Shown: piece by piece, positions 22,758 through 35,834 of the stretch
Numbering within the stretch: position 1 is the stretch's first letter
Layout: each line of letters begins with the position of its first letter
From: Mobula hypostoma
Taxonomy: Eukaryota
Assembly (NCBI RefSeq): GCF_963921235.1
Contig: NC_086108.1
Location: forward strand, 11,346,001-11,410,000
Reading direction: 5' to 3'
DNA length: 64,000 nt
Made by a program: the position numbers and the translations under genes
The notes under the pieces: model-generated
Told to the model about the DNA's origin: nothing
The model's input: the letters and a program-made list of their open reading frames with translations, nothing else
Databases searched by the model: none

Positions 22758-25700
22758 CCAGTCATAACTAAATGTTCTAATGTCTCTCCGCATGATGTGT
22801 CCAAAGAACTTTGGTTGCTGTTTTCTGATTTGTTTTTAAGTAATGTACGTTTTGTTTTCGTTCTCTGTAGAACTTCTCCGTTAGTTATCCTGTCCGTATA
22901 TGATATGTATAGCATTCTTCTGAGGAACCACATCTCTGCTGCATTGATTCTTTTTTCCATTGTATTTGTGATGGTCCATGACTCGCAGCCATACATCAAC
23001 ACAGGAAGAATGTAGCAGCTGAGAGTTCTAAGGCGGATATTAATTCTTATTTTCTTGTTCATTAGGATGTTTCTCATTTCTGTGAATGCTGTTCTTGCCA
23101 TTGCTATTCCTCCTTTTATATCTGTTTCACATTTGCCATCAGATGTTACCCATGATCCAAGGTACCTGAGTTGTGAATTTGTTTCAGGATTTTATTTCCC
23201 AATACAATCCTGCAGTTTGGGATATCAGGTTTCTTTGATATTACCATTACTTCAGTTTTCTTTTTGGTTAAGGTTAGGCCAAGTCTTTCGCTCTCTGTGT
23301 TGATGGCAGATACTGGTTTCTGTAAATTTATTTCACTGCTTGCTATCAGTACTGAATCATCCGCATAGTGGAGGTTGTTGATATTGTATCCTCCTATACT
23401 TATTCCAGGTAGGTCTTGTATGGTTCTCATGATGTTTTCACTGTACGGGGAGAGCAGGTCTGGTGATAGAACACAACCCTGTCTGACTCCTCACTTTATT
23501 GGCTGATATTCACCAATCTCATTGTCTATCCGTATGGCTGCACTTTGTTGCCAGTAGAGATTCCTGATTATTCTTATATCTTTTCCGTTGATATTAATTA
23601 AGCATTTTCATGATGACTTGGTGTTTCACTGTGTCAAAGGCTTTTGTGTAGTCAATGAAACACAAGTCTTGTTGTACTTCTATTGACCTTTCGATAATAT
23701 TCCTGGGAATATAAGTGGCGTTTGCTGTTCCCTTGCCTTCAACAAAGCTGCACTGTTCTTCACTGATCTCTGGTTTAATTTTGTTTCTTATTCTGAGCAT
23801 GATGATTCTAACTAGAATTTTTGTGAGGTGGCTCATTAAATTAATTGTTCCGTGTTGTCCACACTCTGTTGCACCTGGTTTCTTTGGCAGTGCAATGAAT
23901 ACTGTCTTTGGCCCAGGCAGTTGTCCCCAGGAGCTTCAAGATCGCCACCATCGTGCCAGTGCTGAAGCATTCCACTGCCACGGGCCTGAATGACTTCCGC
24001 CCAGCTGCACTCACCCCCATCATTGCAAAGTGCTTTGCGAGACTGGTTCTATCACATCTGAAATCCTGTCTGCCCACTACCCTGGACCGCTATCAATTTG
24101 CCTATCGCACCAACAGGTCAACAGAGGATGCCATCTCCACGGCACTTCACTCTGCCCTGACCCACCTGGACAACCCCAACTCGTACGTCAGAATGCTGTT
24201 CATTGACTTTAGTTCAGCATTCAATACTGTGATCCCCTCCAAGCTGATGGCCAAACTTCGCCAGCCTGGTATCAGCTTATCCCTCTGCAATTGGACCTTG
24301 GACTTTCTGACTAACAGACCCAATCATTAAGTTAGACAACCTCTCCTCCTCCACTCTCACCCTGAAGATCGGCGTGCCTCAAGGCTGTGTGCTGAGCCCT
24401 CTTCTGTACTCCCTTTTCACCTATGACTGCATTCCTGTACATGGTTCTAACTCCATAACCAAGTTCGCAGACGACACCACGGTAGTTGGCCTGATCAGGA
24501 GGGACGACGAGACGACCTACATGGATGAGGTCCAGCACCTGGCGGCGTGGTGTGCCAACAATAACTTGGTCCTTAACACCCAGAAGACCAATGAGATCAT
24601 TATGGACTTCAGGCATGCTAGGAGCCACACTCACATCCCCATCTACATCAACGGAGCTGTAGTGGAGCGTGTAACAAGCTTCAAATTCCTTGGTGTCCAC
24701 ATTTCCAAGGATCTCACCTCGTCCCTGAACTCGTCCATCCTGATCAAAAAGGCGCAACAGTCCTTTATTTCCTGCAGAGCATCAAGAAAGCTCACCTCTG
24801 TCCCAGGATACTGATGGACTTTTACCGCTGTACCATTGAGAGCATACTCACCAACTGCATCTCAGTGTGGTATGGCAATTGTCCTGTATCAGATCACAAA
24901 GCACTCCAGCGTGTGGTAGAAACTGCCCAACGGATTATCAGCACCCAATCGCCCACCACTGAGAACATCTACCATAAATGCTGCCTGGGCAGGGCAAAAA
25001 GCATTATCAACGATGCATCTCACCATAACCATGGACTTTTTACTCTCCTCCCATCTGGTAGGCGCTACAGGAGCCTCCGCTCCCGCACCAGTAGGTTCAG
25101 GAAGAGCTTCCTTCCTGAGGCTGTGACCCCGCTGGAACTCACATCACAGCGCTAAGCAGTATTGCACCCATATTGTACTGTCTCAGTACTTTTTTATTTG
25201 TGTGCTGTAGTACTTACTTTTTATTCACAGTTATTTTGTAAATAACACTATTCTTTGCATTTCTGGTTAGATGCTAACTGCATTTCGTTGGCTTTGTATC
25301 TGTACTCGGCACAATGACAATAAAGTTGAATCTAATCTAATCTAAAAGGTCTTCTGGTACTTTGCCACTGTTGAATCTTATTCTATTCAATAAGATTGTT
25401 AATTTCTCTACACCAAAATCGTCTAGCGCTTCATACAGTTCAACCGGAATGTTATCTGGTCCTGATGATTCCCCCTTTCGCATTTTCTTCATAGCATGTT
25501 CCACTTCTTTCAATATTGCTGGGCCCTCGTTGTTGTTGCCAATATCAAAGTTGTCCTCTCGGTCTTTGATGTATTCTGACCATCTTTGCATTATTTTTCC
25601 TTTTTCAATAATTGTAGATCCGTCTTTTGCTTTTATACATCCTGTTGTTGCTGGGCTTTTCTTCCAACTTGTGACCTCTTAGATCTCGTCATGCATACGT

Positions 25701-27082
25701 TTGCTGTTGTTGGTCTTCTGCAATTGTTCTATTAACTCACATTGGTCCTTAAGCCACTTTCTTCTGTTTCCTTGCACTTGGTTGTTACCTGTGCATGCAA
25801 GGATATATAGGCTTTTTCGTTTTCCTTATGTGTTCTTCTTTGTTCCATAAGATTCAGAATTTCTTCTGTCACCCATTTGTTTTTAGCTTTTTCTTTTGTT
25901 TGGGAATCACCTCTTGTGCTGCTCATGTTATGCTGTCTCTGAGGTTTTCCCATTGCTGTTCTATAATAGTGATGTTTTGTAGAGCCTCAAATTTGTTCTT
26001 CACTGTTATTTGGAATTCATTTTTGATGTCACCGCTTTTTTCTCAAAAGTCCCAAATTCAACTTTGGCTCTCCTCTTGGTCTTTTAAGCTTTCTGAGTGG
26101 CAGGTACATCAGGCTGATTATTGGTAAGTTATCACTGTCGCAGTTTGCACCGGGATATGTTTTGCATGATTTCAGAGCATTTCTATACCTTCTCCTTATA
26201 AGCACGTAATCAATCCGGTTTCTGTTGTTATCCCCTGGGCTCCTCTATGTCCATAGTTTTCTTGGGTGTTGCTTGAAGGCGGTATTACCAATTATATAAT
26301 CTTTTCCTGTGACCCATGTAGCTAGTCGTTCACCTCTCTCATTTCTCTCACCTATGCCATAATGCCCAATATTGTCCTCGTCCCTGGTCTTGCCTACCTT
26401 TGCGTTGAAGCCACCTTGAATAATGGTATTTTCTGGGCTCTTACATTGTCTTAATGCTGTTTCTAGTTCGTTGTAAAATTGATCGATGCTTTCTTCACTG
26501 CTGTCTGCTGCTGGGGCATAAACTTGAACAATGTTCATGTCCAAAGGTTTTGCATGTAGTTTCACAAGTAACATTCGATCTGATATTTTCCAAGCGCCTT
26601 TTATTGACTTTGCATGTTCTTCATCGAACATAATTCTAACACCTTTTTCATGTATTTCTCCTCCTGAGTAAATGATGGTATGTCCCTCTGAGCTTGTTTT
26701 GCCTGGCCTGCTGCATTCACCAGCAACTTTGATGTGTGTTTCCTGTTTGATGTTGTCTAGTTTACCAGGTTGGTTAAGGGTTCTTACATTCCAGGTTGCT
26801 AGTCTGATTTTTCTTGCTTTTAATCTGCCAACAGTCGCTGGATAACGGTCGAGGTTCACCTGTGGCGCATGAGATCCTCTACCAGATGAGGTTCCTTCGG
26901 TGAAGAATCCATTCACATCTTTGAACTTAGACCGTAGTTGATTTGCAGAGGCAGATAGAGAGTGAAAATGAATAACATCATGGTTAGAAACAGGGGAGGC
27001 AACAACTACAATTCGGAGGGTCAGGGACCGTGATGGATGGAGAGACATGATCGCTCACGTCGAATGGCAAGGCACCTGAATG
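22758..27082. mobile_element. RTE-clade LINE, near full length, with 5' inversion: 26943->22758 on minus, 26944-27082 on plus
   Basis: Minus strand: LATWNVRTL, VQVYAP, GGFNAKVG, GPDNIP, FIDYTKAFD, NNLHYADD, MYGCESW, LEHLVMTG. Plus strand: RGR*RVKM...RDRDGWRDMIAHVEWQGT* with TGAA tail. TSD AATAAAATTT at 22748-22757 and 27083-27092. Confidence 0.88.
23909..25342 (+). mobile_element. Rex1/Babar-type LINE, 5'-truncated RT, nested in the RTE
   Basis: [49 protein letters not shown]; (AATCT)n tail. It splits the RTE sequence [16 protein letters not shown]. Confidence 0.92.
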
Positions 27083-27232
27083 AATAAAATTTACTTTGAA
27101 CTTTGACGAATGGCCCATCAAAATGCCTGAAGACACAGTGTGCATAAAATATTCAGGCATATCAGCTCTGGAGACTTCTCTGTTAAAGGTACTTCAGGAT
27201 ATACCTGAGATCCGATTAGAGTACACTGTTGT

Positions 27233-27545
27233 ACGAGGGGTGATTGATAAGTTTGTGGCCTAAGGTAGAAAGAGTCGATTTTAGAAAACCTAGCACATTT
27301 ATTTTTCAACATAGTCCCCTCCTACATTTACACACTTAGTCCAGTGGTGGAGCAAACGGATCCCTTCTTTGTAGAAGTCGGCGTCTTGGACCTCCAGAAA
27401 GTGGTCCACAGCAGGGGTGATTGATAAGCTCGTGGCCTAAGGTAGAAGGAGATGAGTTATTAACTTCAAACTTTCTGCATAATCACTCAAAGAGTTGAAC
27501 TGCATGTGCATGTAACGAGAGCTGTATAGCTCATCATCACCCCTG
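27233..27545. mobile_element. Tc1/mariner-type MITE (same family as 10303)
   Basis: TACGAGGGGTGATTGATAAGTTTGTGGCCTAAGG start; ATCACCCC end. Confidence 0.8.
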
Positions 27546-28110
27546 GGAGATGCTCCAGGTTAGACCCAGATATTGTCCCTTCTTCCCTCTTCCTTTGGGC
27601 AGAAGATACAAAAGCTTGAAAGCCCATTCTTCTAAGCTCAAGGACAGCTTCTCGTCTGCTGTCATCAGATTTGAATAAACCTCTTGTCTGACAAGATAGG
27701 CCCTTGACCTCACAATCTATCTCATAATGATCTTGCACCTTATTGTCTACCTGTACTGCACTTTCTCTGTAGCTGTTACACTTTCTTTTCCATTCTGTTA
27801 TTGTTGTACCTTGATCTACCACAATGCTCTGCATAATGATCTGCCCTATGTGAACGGTGGTGTGTGGTTATAATTAACAATAATAATATCAAATCAATAA
27901 TAACCTGGAGACTCCACCTGCATCTCAGGTGAGCTCTCATGATCCCAAAGTACCAGGTGTTTGGCTACAATTCTTTCAATAAAACTTTGGTTCAGTAGCC
28001 ACAACTTTTGGCCTGTGACATCTTCTAGCCTTGGTTGTGTACACTGAGGCCCTCAAATTCCTGATACGTGTAAATGTATACAGTGAATAAAGTTGATCCT
28101 TGGAAGGAGG

Positions 28111-28930
28111 AAAGATGGCGCCAGCAAGCAATGTGACCAATGGCGATGTCATTCAGATGGTCCACGACAATACTTGTTTTACTTCTTTCCTTTCAAATGT
28201 GATTCTGCTACTGTGATCTACACTTTGATGGTGTATTTTCGGGCTGATTGAGCGATCTGGCACTTTGCCGTCTCCGAGAGTGTTCCGACAGGTTTTGTGT
28301 GAAGTGCGTAGCCTGGGGGCAGGGCACAAGGCCATGATCAACTCATTTTTTGCTGATTGAAATGTTAAGGAAGATTGAAATTGTCGAGGCAAGAGGGAAA
28401 GCCAAGTGGGTGTTCAGCACCGTCTGCCAGTCGCTCACCGCTGCTCCCAGAGGAAAGTGCCTACTTGATTGGTCTCCCTCTTTTCATCACTAGACGCTAC
28501 TGGAGGAAGTCTTAGGTCTTGGACAAGGTTTAATCAATGGAGTTTGTGAATTGGACTGTAGTTCATGTTATGATGTACTTCTGGTTACTGGTTGCTCTAT
28601 TCTGTTGCTGGTTTACGTAATTTTGTTCAGGGCAGACTGGTTCTGTGGCCTGTAGTCAATGAATGGCACAGTGCTAGACTGAACTGAACTGAGCAGAACT
28701 GAATATGCGTGGACTGGTTGGATGATTTGTGGTTTGATGTTTTATGTTCTGTGTTTCTCGCTCTTTTTTTGCCATTTGCGTGATTTGATTTTTCTGTGTG
28801 TTGGGGGTTTGATATTTTTCTCTGAATGGATTCCATGGTGTTTCTTTGTTTTGTGGCTGTCTGCAGGAAGACATATCTCAGAGTCGTGTACTGCATCCAT
28901 ACTTTGATAATGAATGTACTTTAGATATTT
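28111..28930 (+). mobile_element. Family X non-autonomous retroposon, plus-strand copy
   Basis: Starts AAGATGGCGCC; ends CATACTTTGATAATGAATGTACTTT, the reverse complement of the ends at 41621 and 53085. Confidence 0.65.
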
Positions 28931-29074
28931 GAAAGCAATAAGGTGCATGATCAGAACGAGGTGTATTGTGAGGCCAGAAGTCCACCTCATTGTACAAGAG
29001 TTCCATTGAAGGTTCTGAAAACTGGGATAGATACTGTCCTTCAGCCTGGTGGTACATGCTTTCAGTCTGATGTA

Positions 29075-29910
29075 TCTTCTGCTTAATTGGGCTAAGATAT
29101 ACTGTTCCTGATGTTTGCAATTAACCGGAATCCACAATTAAACAGCTGCTCCAATTAGCCAAAGTTTCATGGAAATAGTTAGAAAGGTATAAAGAAGACA
29201 AACTACCATTTAACTGAGTAACAAATTATGTATTTAAATGAAACACCGAACAAATTAGAACACCATCAATGCTAATACAGTACTATAAAACTGTATTATT
29301 CCCTAATAGTTATGGACGATGGAATTCATCCAGTGTACGCTGCTGTGTTCTGTTGATTGACTGTAAATGAACAAAATCGCTCAGACACCTCATGTAGATA
29401 ATTGACTGACTTCATACAATAATTTCGACCGTTCAAATCTTTATTTTCATTGTAACGTTCAAGATGTTTGTCAATATCTTCAAATTCTTCATAGCTCCTA
29501 ATTTGCAGAAGTATTGAAATCATCTCATTTTCACTCCTGGTGTTTTCCGGCAATTCCAAGCCTCCGTGCTTGACACCATGGTGAGCAAAACAGTTCTGAA
29601 TTGTCTTACTGCTTATTTCTCACCAACTATCAGTGACAAAAATCACTGCTTTTTGAACACAAAGATACATGAGTGATTGTTTACTCTCTCTAAGCATGCA
29701 GTAGTGTGTAACGGCCACACAAGGGCACACGACTGACGCTAATTAGAAACTGTTCGGCAGCAGTCTCCTGTCCCAATTAAGAAGCATAGTGTCCCAAATA
29801 ACCAAAGAAATCATAGCTATTTTCTCAATTTGTTTCTGAGCTATAAGAGTTGCCCCAAATAAGCAGTTGCTCCGATTATCCAATGGCCCAATTAGCTGGA
29901 ATCTACTGTA
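29075..29910 (-). mobile_element. Probable pogo/Tigger-type DNA transposon derivative
   Basis: Right end GGCCCAATTAGCTGGAATCTACTG|TA with sub-terminal repeats; decayed left end; acidic peptide YEEFEDIDKHL on minus. Confidence 0.5.
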
Positions 29911-29961
29911 CATATTTTTTATTGTAACTTACAGTTTTTATTATTATTTTGAAGGGTCTCA

Positions 29962-30300
29962 GTTAAGTGGATGTGGAGAGGATGTTTCCAATGGTGGGAG
30001 TGTCTAAGACAGTGGACACAGCCCCAGAATAGAGGGCTGTCCTTTTAGAATGGAGATGAGGAAAAATTTCTTTAGCCAGAGAGTGGTGAATTTGCGCAAT
30101 TTGTTGCCACAGGCGGCTGTGGAGGCCAAGTCACTGGGTATATTTAAGGCAGAGGTTGACAGATTCTTGAATGGTTGGGGCATGAAGGGGTACAGGGAGA
30201 AGGCAGGAGGTTGGGGCTGAGACGGAAAATGGATCAGCCATGATAAAATGGTAGAACAGACTCAATGGATCAAATGGCCGAATTCTGCTCCTATCTCTTG
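29962..30300 (+). mobile_element. CR1 3'-end fragment
   Basis: Same 3' end sequence as other CR1 copies. Confidence 0.8.
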
Positions 30301-30576
30301 TACTGTACTTCTGCTGTAAAACAACAAATTTCACGACATATTCCAGTGATAGTAAAACCGATTCCGATTCAGATTTTAAGTCTACTTAACCCATACCTTC
30401 CCTTTGCTGGGACCTCACTGCCCGCACCATTGGCTGGGAGCCAGCTCCTCTGGAATATCCAGAATTCCAGGGATTTCTCTCCGCACAGACTGTAGAGTCG
30501 GCTAAATTCCAAAGAGTTATTAGGTGTGGCAAGTGTCTCTCAAATGACGATGAGTGGGAGATCAGGTCGGAATATA

Positions 30577-30700
30577 CAAGGGGTGATTGATAAGTTCGTG
30601 GCCTATGGTAGAAGGAGATGAGTTATTAACTTCAAACTTTCTGAATAATCACTCAGAGAGTTGAACTGCATGTGCATGTAACGAGAACTGTATAACTCAT
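30577..30700. mobile_element. Partial mariner-type MITE
   Basis: TACAAGGGGTGATTGATAAGTTCGTGGCC, as at 10303. Confidence 0.7.
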
Positions 30701-30750
30701 CTGAACTGAACTGTATAACTTGCTACATGAGGATTTACTGATCGGACACA

Positions 30751-31278
30751 CACTCAGTGGCCACATTATTAGGTACACCTGTATGTCTGCTTGCTATTGC
30801 AAATATCTAATCAGCCAGTTATGTGACAGCAGCACCATGGATAAAAGCATGCAGCCATGGGCAAGAGGTTCATGGTCAATGTGATTGATCTAAGTGCCTT
30901 TGACCATGGAATGATTGTTGGTGCCAGACGGGGAGGTTTGAATATATCAGAAACTGCTGATTTCCTGGGATTTCCACACACAACAGTCTCTAGAGTTTAC
31001 AGACAATAGTGCGAAATGCAAAAAAAAAATCCAGTGAGTGGCAGTTCTGTGGGTGAAAACACCTTGTTAATGAGAGAGGTCAGAGGAGAATGGCCAGACT
31101 GGTTCAAGCTGACAGAAAGGTGACAGTAACTGAAATAACCACATGTTACCACAGTGGTGTGCAGAAGATCATCTCTGAACCTTCAACTGGAAGGGCTACA
31201 TCAGCAGAAGACCACAATCATATACTCAGTGATCACTTTATTAGGTACAAAAGGTACGTAATAAAGTGGGGACTGAGT
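30751..31278 (+). mobile_element. Internally deleted Tc1-like transposon
   Basis: TIR CTCAGTGGCCACATTATTAGGTAC / GTACGTAATAAAGTGGGGACTGAG. Transposase N-terminal HTH remnant DHGMIVGARR...ISETADFLG...TTVSRVY...RRMARLVQADRK. Confidence 0.8.
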
Positions 31279-31574
31279 AGGTTTTAGACTGAATTACCAA
31301 AGGTAATCAGTGAGGCATTGGTGAGCCTGCGAAAAGGCAAACATCCCAGGGTGAGTAATATGTAAATTCCTCGCCCTCAATCCTCAAATGTGAGTGGGCA
31401 GATGAAAGGAACACTCAGTGCCAGAGAAGAGTTACTGGAACTCAGGGACAGAGGCTGCTCTCAAGCCAAGGACCTGGGCGGTGTGGAAAGGATGAGGCCT
31501 ATTAAAGGACGCTAAGTCTGTGAGGGAAGCGCTGGTGTAGACACCAAGCCGGTCACAGGCTCAGCATGTAGGAC

Positions 31575-33685
31575 GGGGGAATGAGAGGATGAGGAGGGTG
31601 TGAGTCATTGAGGGAGTGAGGGAATGAGGGGGTGAGGGGATGAGGAGTTGAGGAGATGAGAGGGAGGAGGGGATGAGGGGATATGGAGATGAGGGATGAG
31701 AGGATGGGGATGAAGGGATGAGAGGGATGAGAGGATGGGGATGAGGGAGTGAGATAATGAGATTAGGGGATTAGGGAATAAGGTGGATGAGGGGTGAGGG
31801 ATGAGGGAGGTGAGGGGGATGAGGGGTATGATGGAGTGAGGTAATGAGATGAGGGATGGGGATATGAGGGGTTGAGGGAATGAAGAGATGAGGGATGAGG
31901 GGGTTGAGGTAATGAGATGAAGGATGAGGGACTGAGGGCTGTGATGGATAAGGGGTTGAGGGGATGAAGGAAGGGGGATGAGTGAATGAGGGGTTGAGAG
32001 AGTGAGGAAGTGAGGGTTGAGGGGATAAGGTGGATTGGAGATGATGAGTGAGGGATGAGGGATGGGGGTGAGGGGGATGAGGGGTATGAGTGGGTGAATA
32101 TATGAGATGAGGGATGAGGGATGAGGGGATGAGGGATGAGGGTTGAGGGACAAAGGGATGAGGAATGGGAGTGATGAGGAGGATGAGGTTATGAGGAGGA
32201 TAAGGGTATCAGGAAATGAGGGGAATAAGGGGATGAGGGGACTAAGGGAATGTAAGGGATGAAGTAATGAGGGGTGATGGATGAGGGAATGAGGGATTGA
32301 GGGAATGAGGAAGTTATGGATGAGGGATAAAGGGATGAAGGGGATGAGTGGGTGAGGGATGAGGGAATGAAGGATAAGGGGATAAGGGGAATCAGGGATG
32401 AAGGATGGGTGGGATGGGGGAATGAGGGGGATGAGAGGATGAGGAGGATGAGAGTGAGGTAATGAGGAGATGAGGGGATGAAGGGAATGAAGGAATAGGG
32501 GGGTTGAGGGAATGGGGGATAAGAGAATGAGAGGTTGAGGGAATGAGGTGAGGGATAAGTGGATGAGGGATAAGGGGATGAGCAGGATGAGGGATGAGGG
32601 GTATAAGGGAATGAGGATGTTGAGGGAATGAGGGATGAGGGGGATAAGGGATAAAGGGATGGAAATGAGGGGGATGAGGGATGAGGGGTATAAGAGAAAG
32701 AGGGCTTTGAGGGAATGAGGAATGAGGGGGATGGGGGATAAGGGGATGAGGGGGATGAGGGGATGAGGGGGATGAGTGTGAGGGGTATAAGGGAATGAGG
32801 GATGATGGGTTCAGGGAATAAGGAGGTGAGGGATGAGGGTGAGGAATAAGGGGATGAGGGTGCTGTGATAAGGGGATGAGGGATGAGGGAGATGAGGAAA
32901 TGAGGAAATTAAGGGGATGAGGGATGAGGGAATAAGGGATGAGTGTTTGAGTGGGATGAGGGGATGGGAGATGAGGAAATGAGGGGTTGAAGGAATAAGG
33001 AGGTGAGGGATGAGGGGATGATGGACAGGGGATGAGGGGTATGAGGGGTATATGGGGATGAGGGGGTTGAGGGAATGAGGGATGGGGATGAGGGGTTGAG
33101 GGAATAAGGAGGTGAGGGATGAGGGGATGAGGGATAAGGGAATGAGGGGGTGAGAGGTGAGCAATAAGGGGAATAGGAATATAGGGATGAGGGAATGTGG
33201 GATAAGGGGATGAGTGGGATGAGGGGTCAGGGGGATGAGGGATGAGGGGGTGAGGGATGCGTGTGGTGAGGAGATGAGGGGGATGAGAGGATGAGGAGGA
33301 TGAGAGATGAGGGAATGAGGTTGAAGGAATAAGGAGGTAAGGATGAGGGGGATGTGAGGGATGAGGGGATGGGAGAATGAGAGAATGAGGATGAGGGTGA
33401 GGGGAATAAGGGGTGGGGGTTGAGCAGGATGAGGGGATAAGAGATGAGGGAATCAGGGGTTGAAGGAATAAGGAGGAGAGTGATGAGGATGAGGTAATGA
33501 GATGAGGGAATGAGGGGATGAGGGAATAAGGAAGTGAGGGATGAGGTGATGAGGGGGATGAGAGGGTGAGGGATGAGGGTTTGAGGGATAAGGGGATGAG
33601 GAATGAGGTGTGAGTGGGATGAGGGGCCAAGGGGGGAAGAGGAAGGAGGGGATGAATGGGATGAGGGGGATGAGGAATGAGGGGC
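31575..33685. repeat. ~2.1-kb purine-rich degenerate (GGGATGA)n low-complexity tract; resumes at 35549-35665
   Basis: Almost C-free G/A tract read directly; interrupted by a Rex-type LINE. Confidence 0.95.
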
Positions 33686-35548
33686 TGAGGCAGTGTAGCA
33701 TACAGGAGGTGTGGACAGGCATTGGTTTCAATCAGCCTAGCTGCAGAGCCTTGGAATGCAGCCATGAATGGGCTAATGAGTTAAACCGATTTTTCAATAG
33801 GTCTGACAATTGCACTCCTGATCACACCCCCCTCAGCACACCAGCCCAGGTGCTGAGGCACCTAATGCTCCTTCAGTACTAAATACTCCCCTCCTCCCTC
33901 CTCCCCCATCCAGTTCAACACGTGGATGAACAACACAGGCTACCTCTGTCTACACCCCATCCTTCCCCTGTACCTACTATCCACATCTCCACATCCCAAT
34001 CTTCACCTCCCCCAGCCCTCACCTTCCTCTAACTCCCCATTCATCATGGACTCATCTTCACTACTGAGCAGGTGAGAAGGGCTCTGGGGATACAGACACG
34101 GCAAAGCATTGGGACCGGATGGTATGATCCTGAAGGAGTGTGCTGAGTAGCTGTGCGGTGTCCTCCAGCGCGTTTTCAACCTGAGTCCCAGCCTGGAAAG
34201 GGTCTCCACTGTGTGGAAAGCACCATGTGTGGCCCAGTGCCGAAGAAGGGACAACCAAAAGTCTTGAATGACTCCCGTATAGTGGCCCTGACCTCACACA
34301 CCATGAAGACCCTTGAGAGGCTGGTCCTGGCTCACCTCCGACCCCAGGTCAGATCGACCCTCGATCCCCTGCAGTTTGCCTACCATGAGCACATTGGAGT
34401 CGACGATGCTGTCATCTACCTGCTGAACAGAGCCTACTCCCATTTGGATAAGTAGGACAGCACTGATTTGGATCATGCTTTTTGATTTCTCCAGTGCTTC
34501 TAATACTATACAGCCCTCATTGCTGGGGGAAAAACTCTGTTCAATGCAGGTTGACACCTCCATTGTATCCTGGGTAATGGACTACCTGACTGGCAGGTCA
34601 CAGTTTGTGTGGCTTCAGAGCTGTAAGCGGCATTGTGGCCTCATAGGGGACTGTATTGGCTCCCTTCCTGTTTACCGTGTATACCTTAGACTTTCGGTAC
34701 AACGCTGAGTCGTGTCATCTGCAGAAATTCTTCGATGACTCAGCAATAGTTGGGTGTATAAAGGGAGGACAGGAGGATGAATACAGAGCCCTGGTGGAGG
34801 ACTTTGTCAAATGGTGCAAGCTGAAATCATCTGCAGCTCAACATCAGTAAGACAAAGGAGATGGTGATGGACTTTAGGAAGCCTAAGCCTGCTACACTGC
34901 TCTGTTACTATTGATGGTGAGGACATGGATATGATGGGAACCTACAGGTACCTGGGGTGCATCTGGATGACAGACTTGAGTGGAGCACCAACACAGAGGC
35001 TGTGTATAAGAGGCGCCAGTCATCTCTACTTCCTGAAGAGACTGGCCTCTCCTTTACATGTTCTACCAGTCTGTTGACACCAGTATAACCTTCTATCTGG
35101 TGGTGTGCTGGGACAGTGGCATCAACACGGGTGATGCCAACAGGTTCAATAAACTGATTAGAAAGGCTGGTTCTGTTATAGGAGTCAAACTGGACACTCT
35201 GGAGGTTGTAGTAGAACAAGGGACCCTGTGGAAATTCCTGGCAAATCCAGACAACATTTCTCACCTTCTGCACGCCACCTTGGCTGAGCAGCAGAGCACT
35301 TTTAATAATAGATTAAGATAACTGCGCTGCTCCAAAGAACACTATATGAGGTCATTCTTGCCCTTGACCATTAGGCTCTATAATGAGTCAACCTATAGCC
35401 GGGGAAGTGATAACCCCTTTCAGTTAGACTGTTTGTGGTAACTTATTTTTTATTCTTTTATACTTCTCTTCTAATATTTATATATGAACACTTGTAATGC
35501 TACTGTGACACTGTAATTTCCTTTGGAATCAATAAAGCATCTATCTAT
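33686..35548 (+). mobile_element. Rex1/Babar-type LINE, degenerate
   Basis: ANELNRFFNR, LNDSRIVALTSH, DPLQFAY, LFDFSSASNTIQP, QKFFDDSAIVG; AATAAAGCATCTATCTAT tail. Confidence 0.88.
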
Positions 35549-35834
35549 GAGGGGGGAGGGAATGAGGAGGATGAGGTATGAGGGGGAGAGGATGATGGGG
35601 ATGAAGGAAGGAGGGGATGAGGGATGCAGGGAGAGGGGATGAGGGATAAGGGGTAGGAAGGGTTTGAGGGTGCGGGGTCTATCCGACTGCCGATTCTACA
35701 CAGGGACGCAATGTAAAGAGGATTAATATTACCTTGAGGTAATGAATGGCTAATGCCAATGCTTTAAACTAATGAACCTACCTGTTGTTAATGGGCCCCA
35801 AACTCCTTGATCCATTAGAGCTAATAAAATGCTT

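Noticed and set aside
26245..27048. 267-aa ORF as an intact endonuclease gene
   Set aside because: Its N-terminus is antisense read-through of the inverted RTE 3' end, a catalytic motif is replaced by a foreign patch, and it ends at a premature stop.
32392..33765. 457-aa Pro/His/Ser-rich ORF on minus (and 31605-32153)
   Set aside because: A by-product of the GGGATGA low-complexity tract, which lacks stops on that strand.
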